NCBI RefSeq assembly: GCF_001194135.2 | Contig: NC_068992.1 | Coordinates: forward strand, 33,506,402 to 33,570,401 | Length of the DNA stretch: 64,000 nucleotides | Reading direction: 5' to 3' | Source: Octopus bimaculoides | Lineage: Eukaryota | Shown here: one piece after another, positions 49,901 through 63,330 of the stretch | How the letters are laid out: each line of letters starts with the position of its first letter | Position numbering within the stretch: position 1 is the first letter of the stretch | Position numbers and translations under genes: made by a program | The notes under the pieces: generated by a model | Database searches by the model: none | What the model saw: the letters and a program-made list of their open reading frames with translations, nothing else | Told to the model about the DNA's origin: nothing

Positions 49901-50639
49901 ATTGACATTGTTTTCTCTATACTGTCTAACTTCTCTGCTTATAGCTCAAAATTCCACAAATAATGTCCCACAAAAGCATTTTAGCTGTCATATTATAAAT
50001 TATTAAGTGGGAGATGAATAATGCCAATAATATTACACTTCTATGACATATCTCACTCAGCTAATCTTAAAAGTGATGTATTAAAACCAATAAGTTTTTC
50101 ATTTCATAGTTCTGTGTATAATTGAAAGAAGAGAATTAAGCCACTTTACTTTTATTCTTTATTTTTATTCTTTCATTCAATTGTACACTATTTATCTTAT
50201 TCAAACAATACACAATTCACTTATATATTCATTATTTTACCAGTGTTCTATTCTGACTTGCTGCACTACACAATCAGAATACTCTGCTTCTGCACTACAT
50301 TAACCGTAGGAAGAACACAAAAGCCAACCAAATTACAATTTTCAGTAATATTTTCTCATTCTTTAGAGCTAGAATGGCCAAGATAATCAGAACCAGACCA
50401 TCCTGCTGTTAGTACTGCATTGTCTCCTTGGATCAAACTCTTAACTATCAAATTGTCTAGACCATCTTTCTAAAATAGGTTCTGTATGATGAGAATTGCT
50501 ATTATAGTGGGATCACTGTTGTTGTTTAACCCTGGGTCAGCAGACCTTTGATCATAATGGTTCAGTCCACTGCCATCCAGTATTTTTTCTTCAAGCATAG
50601 GGAACACACTATTCAATGTGTCTTTGTTTCAGCGTGATA

Positions 50640-53050
50640 CAGTATGATTTGAAAGGTGAATAAGCTCTTCAAGAGAAGTGCTAGTGGATTACAGGAAGCA
50701 TGGTCTTTTTGAAGGATGCAGTGTCTTGACAGGCAACAACCTATGCTGTTAGTTTACTCCATACTTCAACAATTCTGAGTATGCAAAAGAGTTTCTGAAA
50801 GTCATGAGTGTAGCATGGTCTATGATTTTATAAAAATAGAACATGCCAAATATTCAGTTTAATAGTGGCCAAAGTTGTTGATGGAAAAATAGTGGATAAT
50901 CTTGTGGACTTCTACAAGTCAGCAGCAAGTCATTGAAGCTTTATAGTGTCAGAAGTAAAACATTCAAGATATAGTAGGTGACTGATTGAAGGTATTTGTC
51001 TGGTCACACATCACTGGACAGATTCCAGTAGCTTGATATTCTGGACAAGATAGGGTTCCAAACTGGAGTTACAAGCTGTAAGTATGAACATAACAGCCAT
51101 TTGAAGCTTTAAATAAATAACTAGTGGAACAACTGACAAACTGAGAGATGATTTTTAGAAATGTGATTTAGCCAACACAGATCATTATTGACAATAGTCA
51201 CTAGTCTATAGTCAGCCAGCTCGAGTTGCCACTCAGCAATCCATTGCTTCATTGTGTCCAGGTACAGAAAAGCTCTATATCATGTAGGATCCATTTTTTT
51301 AATCTCAAGGTGCAGTGTAATGTTACCTGCATATTTGAATATTTTAAATGCTTCAAGTTGGCGTCTGCTTTGTTAATAGGTGCAACAAACAATATGGGAC
51401 TAAAACCAAATACTTGCAGGGCATACGATGTTATTGCTTAGGATGTCTTATTGGGACTACCTATTTCCTACTGAGAATGAAACTATAAGAATAGTGCTCA
51501 CTTTGAAACAAATAGCTGTGAAAATGCTACATCTGGAATTTTAACAGTAAAAATGTTAGCTTAACATTCAACAATAAGTCCTGTACATTTTTGGGGATTG
51601 CCAGTAATCTGACTTGTATGTGTGAATTGTAGAGAAGGCTAACTAGAGAACGAGGCCTCTATTTTGAACACACATATTTCCAGAACACTTTATTATCTGG
51701 GTTGATTGTTACATGTTGTTCAAATTTAATTACTGCCATTTTAGTAACCTGCTTGCTAATCTATGGTCAGATGTTCTGTTGCACCTTCTTTTATTCCCTG
51801 TAATCTGTATTCATGTTCAGCATCTGATCACTCTTTCCTGGTATGACAGACTGCAGTAGTCACTCAAATTGCACTTTTGAAGTTTCTACTCTATTTCTGA
51901 GCATTGATGCTTCACCTGCAGCTCAGACTGGATTTAAGATCACCAACTCTGGAATCATGAAATTTTTGCCAGTTTGGACACTCAAACTCAATACAATAAT
52001 AGTTCCAGTCAGTTTTATTCTACCCAAAGCAAGTAGTTTGGAGGTGATGGCAGTCTTTCTTACTGCTCATAAGAGGTAGTAGGTTGGTATGATCTGAGCT
52101 GCCTGAAGCTTCCTTGGTAGTGATGCAGTTAACTGTTTCAGGAGCAGTAAATAGCATATAAAAAGAGCTGTTACTTTTTGTAGGGAATGTGACTACATGG
52201 GACCAGTTTGAATCAAGCATTATGCCATGCTCTTAGCAATTAAAGTGGTTTCTCTAAAACAAGTTGCTGTCAGCCTTGCTAGAAACACCATTGCAGAGCA
52301 AAGAATGCGTCCATGTTTCTGTGACTAATGAAATCAATAATTTAAATGGAAGAATCAAGAAGGTGAACTTTGTTACATACATTTTAGGTACTTAAATTTG
52401 TGCCTGGATTCAAACCCACGATGAGAGAATAGTGTTTTATTCTTGCTTTTACTGTCCTTCTAAGTTTGATATCCTCATACCAGCTTGCATTCCTTTTCAA
52501 TGTATCACCAGACTTGTCAAATTTCCATATTTGTGCATCGGTTAGAACTTCTATATAGTACTGAGTGACAATATAAGAAAGCCTCAATATGTAACTTTGG
52601 GTGCATATTTGGTGGTAAATCAACACAAGTTTGAAATGTGATTCAGTTTTCATACTAGTCTTATCTTATCAGAGGCTAAGTTGTATATACATGTCACCAT
52701 AGAACTGGAAAACGTTAATCAAATTAATCTGCATCTGAGTCCTGCTTTACTGAGGCAAAGAACACCTTTTGGAGGAATGCTGTTGACTTTAAACGAAGTG
52801 CCAGTAAACGCCTATAGATTGGCAATTTCCTTGGATACACCAATAGCAATTAGATCATGCATGGCAGATTCAATGATTTTCCCAATGCACCTCAATTTAG
52901 CTATAGCTGGGAGCAGGTTTCTAAGCAAATTATTCTGATATGAACCCTTATTATGTAGTTCTATATGGAATTTTGCTTTAATATTTGTTACATTAATGCT
53001 CCCATCAGAAATCAATTATTGAATTTTCATATCCTCCTAAGGCTGGCCAG
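50640..53050 (-). mobile_element. CR1-type LINE (ORF1 remnant, APE endonuclease, RT 3' end; deleted)
   Basis: Minus strand: LVTETW...HVVTFPTKSNS...GSSDH (APE); 3' end RIVEVWSKL...VVAC...SFKK. Confidence 0.7.
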
Positions 53051-53696
53051 CTTTTTGTTAAATAGCAATACTGGAAGAAAACAAATTGGTGAGGCACTGA
53101 AGAGACAAATCAGAGCCATTTTCTAGCACCTGTCCAATATAGAATCAAAGTATGCAGTTTTTTTTTTTTATGGTCATTTGGAAGTTAGGTATCTTTGAAA
53201 AATTAGGGAAGTTCAGTAGTAGCAGCAATATGTGATATTATGTCTTTTTCAAAACCTTAAACTGACATGAAGAAATGGATTTAAATTTTCATCTATTTTT
53301 TTAGGTTCCCCTTGTACTGCAGATATGTTGCAGCACTGCCTTAGAGAATGTTTACTTGATTTGACTGACTCCGGTATTTTATTTCATACTTTAAGATACA
53401 AAACAAAGTGGCATTTACTGTGAATATTTGGAGGTAATTCCTATTTGAATGCATCAGTATTAACTCCTCATTTGAATGCATCAGTATTAACCCCCCCCCA
53501 CACACACACACATGCACATATATAAATGTATGTAACATACAGTGATATATGATTTTGTTTTATATATTTATCTGTATATATATTAAGTAAAAAACAGTTA
53601 CCTTCTCAAGTCATGTCGACTCACAAGGGCTGATTTCCTGGTTTCCATGGTGTATATATTCCCCACCTGGACAGGACACCAGTCCACTACAGTGTT

Positions 53697-54546
53697 CAGG
53701 GTGTGGTGAATAAAGTGTCATCTAAACTATACAAAAGGAAAATAACACTGTCATCTCATTCTAAACAAATATATTTACCAAAATTACACAAAAATATCTT
53801 GAAATACTGAAAGGTAAATTTATTCAATAAAATTGCCTTTGGCTTCAACCACGACTTCCAGACGACTTTGGAATCTGCTCTAACTCTTCTGGATGGTCAT
53901 CTTGTTTAAGTTGGTGAATGCTGCTATAATCCTTGCCTTCAGTTCATCTTTAGTGCTTGCTCAACTGTGCCCCACTCATAATAATCAAGGGGGTTGTAGT
54001 CTGGAGAGTTAGGTGGCCAGATGTTAGGGGTGATGTGGTCGCAGAAATTGTCCGACAGTCATGACTGGGTTCTGCTGCTTGTGTGACATGGTGCAGAGTC
54101 CTGTTGCCAGATATAAGGTCTTCCAGCAGCCACCCTCTTCACCCAGGGCAGCACTACCTCTTCCAGGCACTTGATGTAGGCCTGCGTGTTAAGTGTGAGA
54201 TCGTGTGAGAAGATGAATGGAAGCATAACATCACCATCACTAGTGATCACTCCAAACACCATGAGGTTGATTGGATATTTGATTTTTATCACTCTTGGCA
54301 TTGTCCTCAGATTGACACACAACCACTCTGAAATATATGTATTGGAGTTTCTTGCACGAATGCTAAGCAGTACAGCATGCTGTTTCCAAATTTCTGGCAG
54401 AGTGAATTGTGTGATAGTGTTGCTTTTTTCACAGATGATGCCCAACTGACCGCTACTAAACTGTGTAGTCAACAAAATCAAGAACAAACAATGCACTTGC
54501 ATGAAATTAAAATTATAAAATGCCGACGATTTACCATTGCACCTTG
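53697..54546 (-). mobile_element. maT-type Tc1/mariner element (DD37D), internally deleted
   Basis: MVFGVITSDGDVMLPFIF...WQQDSAPCHTS...IWPPNSPDYNPLDYY; 37 positions counted between the two catalytic D; termini cagggtgtggtgaataaa / tttaccattgcaccttg-TA. Confidence 0.85.
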
Positions 54547-54639
54547 TATATATATATATATTAGTATATTTATTATTTGATTTTCCTTTCTATTCAAATA
54601 TTCATTTATGCATGAAAATTTATATTCACTAATTTTGTG

Positions 54640-54842
54640 GCACAGGTACCATGTCAAGAACACTGGTGCTGGTGCCACATAAAAAGCACCCAGTACACTG
54701 TTGTGTGGTTGGAATTAAGAAGGGCATCTAATCATAGAACCCATGCCAGAACAGACAATGGAACCTGATGTAGCCACTGACCTTACCAGCTCTGGTGAAA
54801 CTGTCCAACCCATGCCAGCATGGAAAACGGATGTTAAATGAT
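54640..54842 (+). mobile_element. RTE/SINE-type 3' tail
   Basis: ggtgccacataaaaagcaccc...tgtccaacccatgccagcatggaaaacggatgttaaatgatg. Confidence 0.7.
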
Positions 54843-54936
54843 GTATTTTGGTTTCTATTATACTGTAATAACAATCAGTGTTAACTCATCACTGGGTTTA
54901 CATAACCATCATAATTCCTATGCATAATTGATTTAA

Positions 54937-54986
<50 letters not shown>

Positions 54987-55360
54987 CGTAACCATTACCT
55001 TAACTACTATCAGTGGTGGCAGTGTTTAAATATTCACCTTTCAATTCTGACATGGATCAAGCAAAAACTTTGGAGACAAATTTCTTTGCTGCCATATGCT
55101 CTTCCTAATGCAAATCCTCACCTGTTTCCAAGTAAGGTAATAAATATTTCTACATGTTCTTTGAAGAATGATCAACTCAGTGGCAAGACATGTTTTTGAA
55201 GAGAATTGGAGAAAATGACACTGTTTGTATGACAGTAACTTTTGTCTTATATAAGTCAAGACAAGGAAAAACACACTCACTCACATCCCTAGACACACAA
55301 ATACTTTATATCTACTATGCCAGTATGAAAAATGAACATTAAATGAAGATGACAACATGC

Positions 55361-55400
<40 letters not shown>

Positions 55401-55699
55401 ACACATACACGTGTGTATGCATATGCAGAAAGATATATATATATATTTAATTTACATCACATTTTTTTAAAGTTATTTCTACAGATTTTCTACAGAATTG
55501 AGAGTCAGCACTGAAAGTTATGATACTTTGTTTACATAGACGTCTATGTAAACAGTGCAATCGAAAACAGAAACAAATAGGTAATGAGTGTATATGCATA
55601 TTTCAGGAACTCTTGCTTCTTCTTCAGCTAGTTATAATTTCTATAAAAAATATTCAAAAGAAATTACTTAATTGCTCTGCAAACACAGGTAGGGGCACC

Positions 55700-55960
55700 A
55701 TATTGACTTATAAGCCTTTAATATAATTGGTAGTATATTATGGATGCATAACAAATTGTCCCTACCAGCAATTAACATATATTCATATATTCTTATGGCT
55801 GAAACAGTGGTAGAATTTGGAAAGAAGCGCCAGGTGTGGAAATAAAACCTGGAATCAAAGGGCCTTAAAATCAACTTAGTGAAGACAGGAAAGTAGATGA
55901 GACACTAATTCTTTTGAGTAAATGGCTCTGTCCAATATGTAGAAAAGAAGTAGGTAGAGA
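55700..55960 (+). mobile_element. RTE RT fragment
   Basis: LMAETVVEFGKKRQVWK*NLESKGLKINLVKT. Confidence 0.65.
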
Positions 55961-56109
55961 TTCCATATGGTGAACTCAATGCTAATTATGGGTACATTTG
56001 TGCAGTGGCAGACTGGGTCTAAAAATATTGGTTGCTAGGAGAATAAGGGGGCCTGTCTGCAATGGTTGATATGACTTTAAACCAGATGAATAGCATTGTT
56101 CACCCTCAC

Positions 56110-58640
56110 GACATTATATTTTTATGAAAAATTTTTTGGAAAATTCATGATTTTTTTTTCACCTCAGCCCCATCCTCCTGGCCAATATCAGCCAAGTTTT
56201 TTGGCACTACGCACTTCAAAAACATGAGAAGCCATTTCGGTGGAAACAAAAAATGTAAATATTTTCAAACATAAAGGTATGTGATTTAAGGGCGATTTGG
56301 CTATTGTTTCTAGTACATCCTCATTTCTTTGTCACTGTTACATGTATTGAAATTTTTCCATAACTTTCTTCCCATAAGCACATTTTATGGAATGACAGCT
56401 TCCAAAATGACAGCTTCCAAATCCTGTTTCCTAATTGGGGAAAATTATCAAACTTTAAGCCTCTATAACATTTTCAAAACATTTTTCTGGAAAAAGTGAA
56501 ACAACTCTAGCAATTTAGCTTGAAATAGTACATTATTATGCCAAATTAAAAAATTTTCAATTAACTTTAATTTTTGAAATGTTGGTAGCCAAACCATCTT
56601 CAATCCTCTCACCCCCAATTTCTTGAATCAGTCATATTTTTAAAATAAATTTGGGGATTCCTTTACAATTTCTGTCAAAATTCTGACGATAGTTATATAA
56701 ATAGGCATAGAAAAGCATACTGAAGCATCCAGTTAATCTTTATTGCAGTAAATAAACCTATTTCAGCTAAAACATATATAATTGAATACGTAATAAACAA
56801 TAGATAATTTTTTTTATTTCAACTGTCCTGAAAGGAGGACAGTGGGTTAATATGAGTTAAGCATTCACACAGAGTAAACTTCATGAATTTGACTAATAAT
56901 ATTGTTGAAAACATTACCATTGGCATATTTTTGTTGCTACACAAGCTCGACCAAATAAGTGTCAAGGAGTAAATGTGAAGTTCCACTCTCCTTGTTCCTT
57001 CACTTTACCCTCATCCACAGATTTCCAGCTGTATTAGTGTCGGCTCATCATAGGATCCACGAAATTCATTTGATGATTCGCTGTCAGATGTTGGAATCCT
57101 CTGTTACCAATGGTGTTGTATGCTCACCACAGATCTGACACCGCAGCGGTTCCTGGTCTCATGTACTTGTCGAACACAAGTAAAAGAGTGTTGGTATCCC
57201 TTTTCGCCACTACCTCAAGGAAACACACCTTACTTGTTTTATCAATGTCACCAAAAACCCACTGTTGTGTCAATCTGCTAACATAACCCTTTCTCCATGT
57301 AAATACAGACTCATCAATCTGAACCTCTTGCCCAGGGCCACCAAGTAATATATGATCCATTAATAATTCCTCTGTGCATATGTCACAGAGGAAATTCTTC
57401 CAATTACAAACAGCCTCATTATTCCATCCCAGCTCCTGTTGACATTTTCTTTGAGATACTTTTACATATGCCCAGAAGTAGATGAACATTAAAACTTCTC
57501 TTAAGTCCACAATACTATTGGCAAAGTATGTCTTTTGTTTCAAACCTTTCTCTTTTCAGCATGGCCTTCCACTTTTCCATTTCAAACTTTCCTTTGTTTT
57601 ACCACCCTTTGTCAATTCCATATTTTGGTTACACATGCAACAAACACTCACACAATGTAAGAGTCTAGTATCTTGGCAAACTATAACTGTCAATTCAACT
57701 GTTGCTGTTGAGTCAAGCAATTGACAGATATTATAGCTACTGATATCAGCTATAAAGTTCATAATTAAATAATGAAGTTAAATTGTGCTTATATACATTT
57801 TTAATAAATTTCGTTGAATGTTTGACACTAACTTCTTACGATTCTATAATGGATCTAGTCGATTTGGCTACCAGCCTTTCAAAAATATCAATTTTGTTTT
57901 AATTTGGCACTATAATGAACTTTTCCTAGCTAAATTGTTGGAGTTGCTTCACTTTTTCCAGAAAAAAAGTGTTTCTAAAAAGTCATAAAGGTTTAAAGTT
58001 TGATCATTTTCCCCTGGTCAAGAAACAGGATTTGGAAGCTGTCATTTTGTGCATGACAGCACGTCTTGTCAACTATAAACAAAGCAAATAAATTAGGGGG
58101 TGGGGAATTGAAATTAAAAAAATTTGTTTTGCTAAATCATAATCTCTGATATTGAAAACACAAAGCTAAAAACATTAAACAAAAAAATTACTCATTCAAA
58201 AGTTATAGGGTGCGGGGGATTCCAAAGAAGTACCAAATTATCTTTTAGATATCGCTTTTAAAGCATTGTGGATAAATTCCAACACAGATCTTCTCAGGCT
58301 CTCTAATATTTTAAAATCATAAACAGAATAAAAAATGAGGTGTGAAATAGCATAAATGTGCTTAAGGAGAGAAAAATATTGAAAAACATCAATACATGTG
58401 ACAGTGACAAAGGTGAATGCAGGATGTGCTAGAAACAACAGCTTAATCTCCTTTAAATCACACACCTTTTCTTGTGAAAAAATATGGATTTTGTTTTTTA
58501 CCGTAAAGGCATCTCTCATCGTTTTTAATTGCATACTTCAAAAATAAATTGGCCAGAATTGGTCTGGATGGGTGTAAGGAGGAGAAGGGAGGGAGGTGAG
58601 AAAAAATTAGACCATGGTGAAAAAGAAACTGGAAAATCAC
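56110..58640 (-). mobile_element. Merlin-containing element bounded by long imperfect inverted repeats
   Basis: 56400-56597 is inverted to 57864-58050 (aatgacagcttccaaatcctgtttc / gaaacaggatttggaagctgtcatt); 56150-56385 is inverted to 58345-58610. Confidence 0.7.
56880..57760 (-). pseudogene. Merlin (ISXO2/IS1595-like DDE) transposase, disrupted
   Basis: LLGGPGQEVQIDESVFTWRKGY..R..QQWVFGDID...VCFLEVVAKRDTNTLL...RPGTAAVSDLW; upstream C-x-x-C region (VCCMCNQNMEL). Confidence 0.88.
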
Positions 58641-59743
58641 TGTCAAAATGGAGAAAATGCAACATGCAAGTGTTCTGATCCGAAACTGCCATTATTGAAA
58701 TTAATCATTACTCATTTTGTCCCAATTTAGACATAAGTTTTTGAAAATGAAAAATTATCTAATTAGACATTAGACATGGAATCCAACAGAGAAAAGAATA
58801 TTAATTGTTAAACACCAAATTTTATCCAGATATTTAATTTGCAATCTGAATTACAATCGAGTCGAAGTTAGAAGAAAAATTTCTTGAGAGGAAAGTATCT
58901 GTCACCTGATTATGTTTCAAAACTCTCTTAACTTCAACAACAGCTACGCTGATCAATTTTTACTCCCAAAGATGATGCAACAGAATAAATGATGCAATAC
59001 TTGCAATGTAATATTTTCAAACAGGTAGGGACAAAATAACAAGAAATCAAAAATTACCTATTCTGCCCCATAATAATTTCAAATATTTGACGAACTGGAA
59101 TGGTACAAAATGACAAAAAATATTGACAAAACAAAGAAAGAAAATGTTTCAATTTAATGAAAAACATTTGAAGATATATGCAATAATTCAAAAGCCAAAA
59201 AAAAAAAAATAGTTTTAACTGTTGTGAGACGTAATTATATAACTAAAGTTAAATTCAAAATTTACATTTTAGAACCTTTCCTATTTGTTTATTTGTAAAT
59301 ACCAGTTTCCACTGCCTCAGAGGAAGAATGAAATTTAAAAGTGCCAATGTATGTGTGTGTGTGCGTGTGTGTGTGTGTGCATGTGTGCCTTTAATTCCAG
59401 GGTCATTTGCTCAGTCATGCATTGAAAAGAAAAATTTGAACTTCTTTCTGTTAAACTATTTTCTATTCATTCATACTTACACACAAGCACACATGCATAC
59501 ACACACATGCACACAAACACGCACACACACACGCACACACACAAACATACACACATCCATACACTCTGTCACACATACATACATACATACAAATGTATGT
59601 CAATAATAATCTGCTTCTGGTTTTATTGCTTGTGCTGTAGAAGCTAATAAGTGCTAGGTTCAACCCAATGCCAGCCAGAGTCCCCTAAGAAAATGAATAG
59701 GAGACAGTTTTGTGTGTATGTCTGTGTGTGCTTATATACATAC

Positions 59744-59776
<33 letters not shown>

Positions 59777-59799
59777 TATATTTATATGTATATAGCACT

Positions 59800-60155
59800 C
59801 CATCGGTTTCGATGACAGGGGTTCCAGTTGATCCAATCAACGGAACAGCCTGCTCATTAATGTGCAAGTGGCTGAGCACTCAACAGACACATGTACCCTT
59901 AACGTAGTTCCCAGGTAGATTCAGCGTGACACAGTGTGTGACAAAGCTGGTACAGCAGGTACAACAGAAACAGGAAGAAAGAGTCAGAAGGAGTTGTGGT
60001 GAAAGAGTACACCAGGATTTGCCACTATCCCCTGCTGGAGACCCATGGTGCTTTAGGTGTTTTCACTCAATAACACTCACAACGCCCGGTCTGGAAATTG
60101 AAAATATGATCTTACGACCACGAGTCTGCTGCCCTAACCACTGGACTATTGCACC
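59800..60155 (-). mobile_element. tRNA-derived SINE
   Basis: Minus-strand head ggtgcaatagtccagtggttagggcagcagactcgtggtcgtaag...ttcaatttccagaccgggc (A/B-box-like). Confidence 0.65.
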
Positions 60156-60779
60156 TCTCTCACACACACACACACACACATATGCATATGTATGTATGTA
60201 TATATGCATTGACATGTATATAAATTTAGATACACTTTATCACCACTGACTAGCTGTCTGCTGTATCATACATTTTAATTTCTATTAATCCCCTAGAGAA
60301 TTCTTTGACTAACTGCTTTGCTTAATTGTTTTATTTGTTGTTTGGGTTTTTTTTCAAATTTTTATTCTTTCTCTAGCATTTCAGATAATTTCTTTGAAAG
60401 CAAAGTTTTGATTTCATGGGACCCTTACATACTTGCATGGGCCCCCATATTTGAAATCTAATGTCTTGAAAGCCCCTCTTGCCATCGGGCAAGCTGACAA
60501 ACTGGCCAGTCTGCCACTGCATATGAGTGAAATTACACGAAGGATAATAGAAAAGTAGGCTTTGTTAATTGGCAAATGTATAGAATCACTAAACACTAAA
60601 AGTTCATAAGAAATAGATATCAAGGAATGTCAGGAGAATCCTTATATATAGTAGATAGTTATTGTTATATTGGTGACTTAAGTAGTAATAGAGGAGTATG
60701 TTCTGGAAGGAAATTTGCTAGAATAGGAACTGGTTAGAGAGTGCTCAAAAAGCTATTACTGCTATTGGTAAGAAAAGGC

Positions 60780-61200
60780 CACTCAGAGTGAATAGTACAT
60801 GTGTATGAACTGCAGTGCTACATGGTTGGGAAATTTGAGCCATGGATGCAGAGGATATGCAAAGACTAGAAAGAAATGTAATTAACATGCTCTGCCAGAT
60901 GTGCAATGTCAGTGTGCATGTTCAACAAAGTACAAACGTGTTGAGAGAAAAGTAAGGCATAAGAGGTATAAGGTCCAATGTACAAGAGAGAAGACTGCAT
61001 TGATATAGTCATGTCATGTAGATGGATGATGATAGCTTCATAAGGAAGTGTAGATTTTTAAATGCAAAAGGAACTTGTTGAAGAGGGAGACCGAGGAAGA
61101 TGTGAGATGAAATAGAGAAGACCGAACTCAAGATGTTGAGCTTTACAAAGCTGACAAAGGACAGAAATGATTGGCAATACACTCTGTTTGAGATTTGTTC
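60780..61200 (+). mobile_element. RTE LINE 3' fragment
   Basis: Same family as 9230-9790: ...gtgctacatggttgggaaatttgagc...gaagagggagaccgaggaagatg. Confidence 0.7.
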
Positions 61201-62099
61201 ATCTCAGCAAAAATGAGATCCTGTTAAACCACTCCCTCACCACCACCAACTCATCTTCTAATATCAGTTTAATTACTGCATCACACACTCAGGTTCTGTC
61301 AATGACATCATTTATTCCCCTACATTTCACACCTCCCTATTACTGTCATTTATCGCTTCCTCTTTCTCTTTCCTGTCCCACCTCTATTTCTATCACTTCT
61401 CTCAGAAACTGATAATCATCATTGACCAATGTCATCACCCATGTGTCTCAGTCAGTGGGAGAGAGTGAGAGAGAGAGGGGGAGGGAGAGTGAGAGGGAAA
61501 GAAAAAATCAAGAATGAGGATAGAAACAGGTGAGTTGTTGTAGAGGAGACACATGGTTACCCAGTAAGAGGGAGAGAGAGAGTGGAAGAGAAAGAGAGAG
61601 AGTGGAAGAGAAAGAGAGAGAGTGGAAGAGAAAGAGAGAGGGAGAATGAGTGACCGAGAATGAGAGAGGGAGAGAGAGTGGAAGAGAGTGAGAGCATGAG
61701 AGTGCAAGAGAGGACAGGAAATAGACGGTGGTGAAGTGTCAGGGTATACCCTCAAGATACAGGGATTAGAATATAAATGGGATGGTAGAGTATTGCCAAG
61801 GGTGCATGAGTAGGGAGTAGGGACTTAACATAAATGTAAAGAGTGTGGTGGTGGGGAATGCAGTGACTGGTGAAACATGAGTATATAAAGGAGGTAGGGG
61901 ACAATGGGAAAGAAATGATACAGTGAGCAGGGTAGTGAGGACAGAATTCGAGAGTAAGAGATAAGCATAAGTATATGCATGACAAAGAGAAAATGTGAGG
62001 AACAGAGAGAGATGTAGTTTGGATTGTTGGGGTAAGGAGTGTGAAATTTTTTTATATAGTTACATGTGGGTGGAACACACAGTGTTCTGAGAGCTTAGT

Positions 62100-63330
62100 T
62101 TCACTGAGGTGGGCAGGTCTTCTCAAGAACCACATATCACCAGACATCTTGGTCCATTGTCCTCTCCTCTGTTAGGCCCAACATCCTGAGATTGGTTCTC
62201 ACTACTTCATTCCATGTATTTCTGGCTCTCTCTCTACAACAGGTGCAATCAACTTTTAGCAACAGGCACTTATCTATACAGCTGTCTACATTCATACACA
62301 TCACATGTCCAAACCACATAGTCTTCTCTCTTGCATGTTGCAAATTCTTTCCGACATATTAAGCAGGGCCATTTACCTGATGGAAAGAAAGTCTTATCTG
62401 CTTTCTTACTAACAATAACTTTGGTTTCCACTAGGTTAAGTTTAAGGCTCTTTGATTCCAGGTTTTGCTTCTATACTTGGAATTTCTTTCCCAACTCTCT
62501 TACAGATTCTGAAATATGAGCAAGATCATCAGCATATAGTAGTTCACATGAGCAGCCTGGTTTAAACTCCTCTGTTATGGCCTGGAGGATTATGATGAAT
62601 AAGAGTGGACTGAGAACTGAGCCAAGGTGAATCCCCACTTATACGCTAAATTCATCACTGTATTTATGACTGACTATCACCCTACTGACAACACCACTGT
62701 ACATGGACTGTACAGCTCTAACAAGCCACTGATCTACACATAACTTCCTTAAAGACCACCAGATAAGAGAGTAAGGGACTCTGTTAAAAGCTCTCCCCAG
62801 GTCAACAAAAGCTAAGTACAATAGCTTACTTTTGGCCAAATACTTCTCTTGCAACTGTCTCATTAGGAAGATTGCATCTGTGGTGCTCTTCCCAAGTACA
62901 AAACCAAACTTCATCTTATCTAATCTAATTCTATTCCTAATCAGTTGAACTATAACTCTCTCTGTAACTTTCATGACCTGGTCTGGCATCTTACATCTCT
63001 GTAGCTGTTTCTATCAAAGACATCACCTTTACCCTTGTAGCAGCTAACTATAATACTACACCAGTCATTTGAGATGACACTTACCTGAATAACCTGATTA
63101 ACTATATGAGTGACTAGGCTGTATTCTACATCACCAGTTATTTTAATCATTTTGGCAGTGATTCCTGTTGTCAACTCTGATGACTGGTCCCTCGAAAGGC
63201 TCTCTTTTCCCCATGCGTTTTCCACATTTAGTAATTCTTCATAATTTTCTTTTGTGACTCACTAGGGGCAACCAAACCATTATTCAGTCACACACATTTC
63301 TCACCCACTGCATCTCTTTTCTCTCTAAAA
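62100..63330 (-). mobile_element. RTE LINE RT (deleted)
   Basis: DKMKFGFVLGKSTTDAIFLMRQLQEKYLAKSKLLYLAFVDLGRAFNRVP; YKGKGDVFDRNSYR. Confidence 0.9.

Larger units (their letters stand above)
56003..60519. mobile_element. Putative hAT-type non-autonomous shell with nested insertions
   Basis: Perfect 14-bp TIR cagtggcagactgg (56003-56016) / ccagtctgccactg (60506-60519); flanking 8-mers catttgtg and catatgag match at 6 of 8. Confidence 0.55.

Noticed and set aside
53442-53491. Short direct duplication atttgaatgcatcagtattaac
   Set aside because: Ordinary local slippage next to a microsatellite.
60090-60155. tRNA gene
   Set aside because: tRNA-like A/B boxes are the head of a SINE; no complete cloverleaf.
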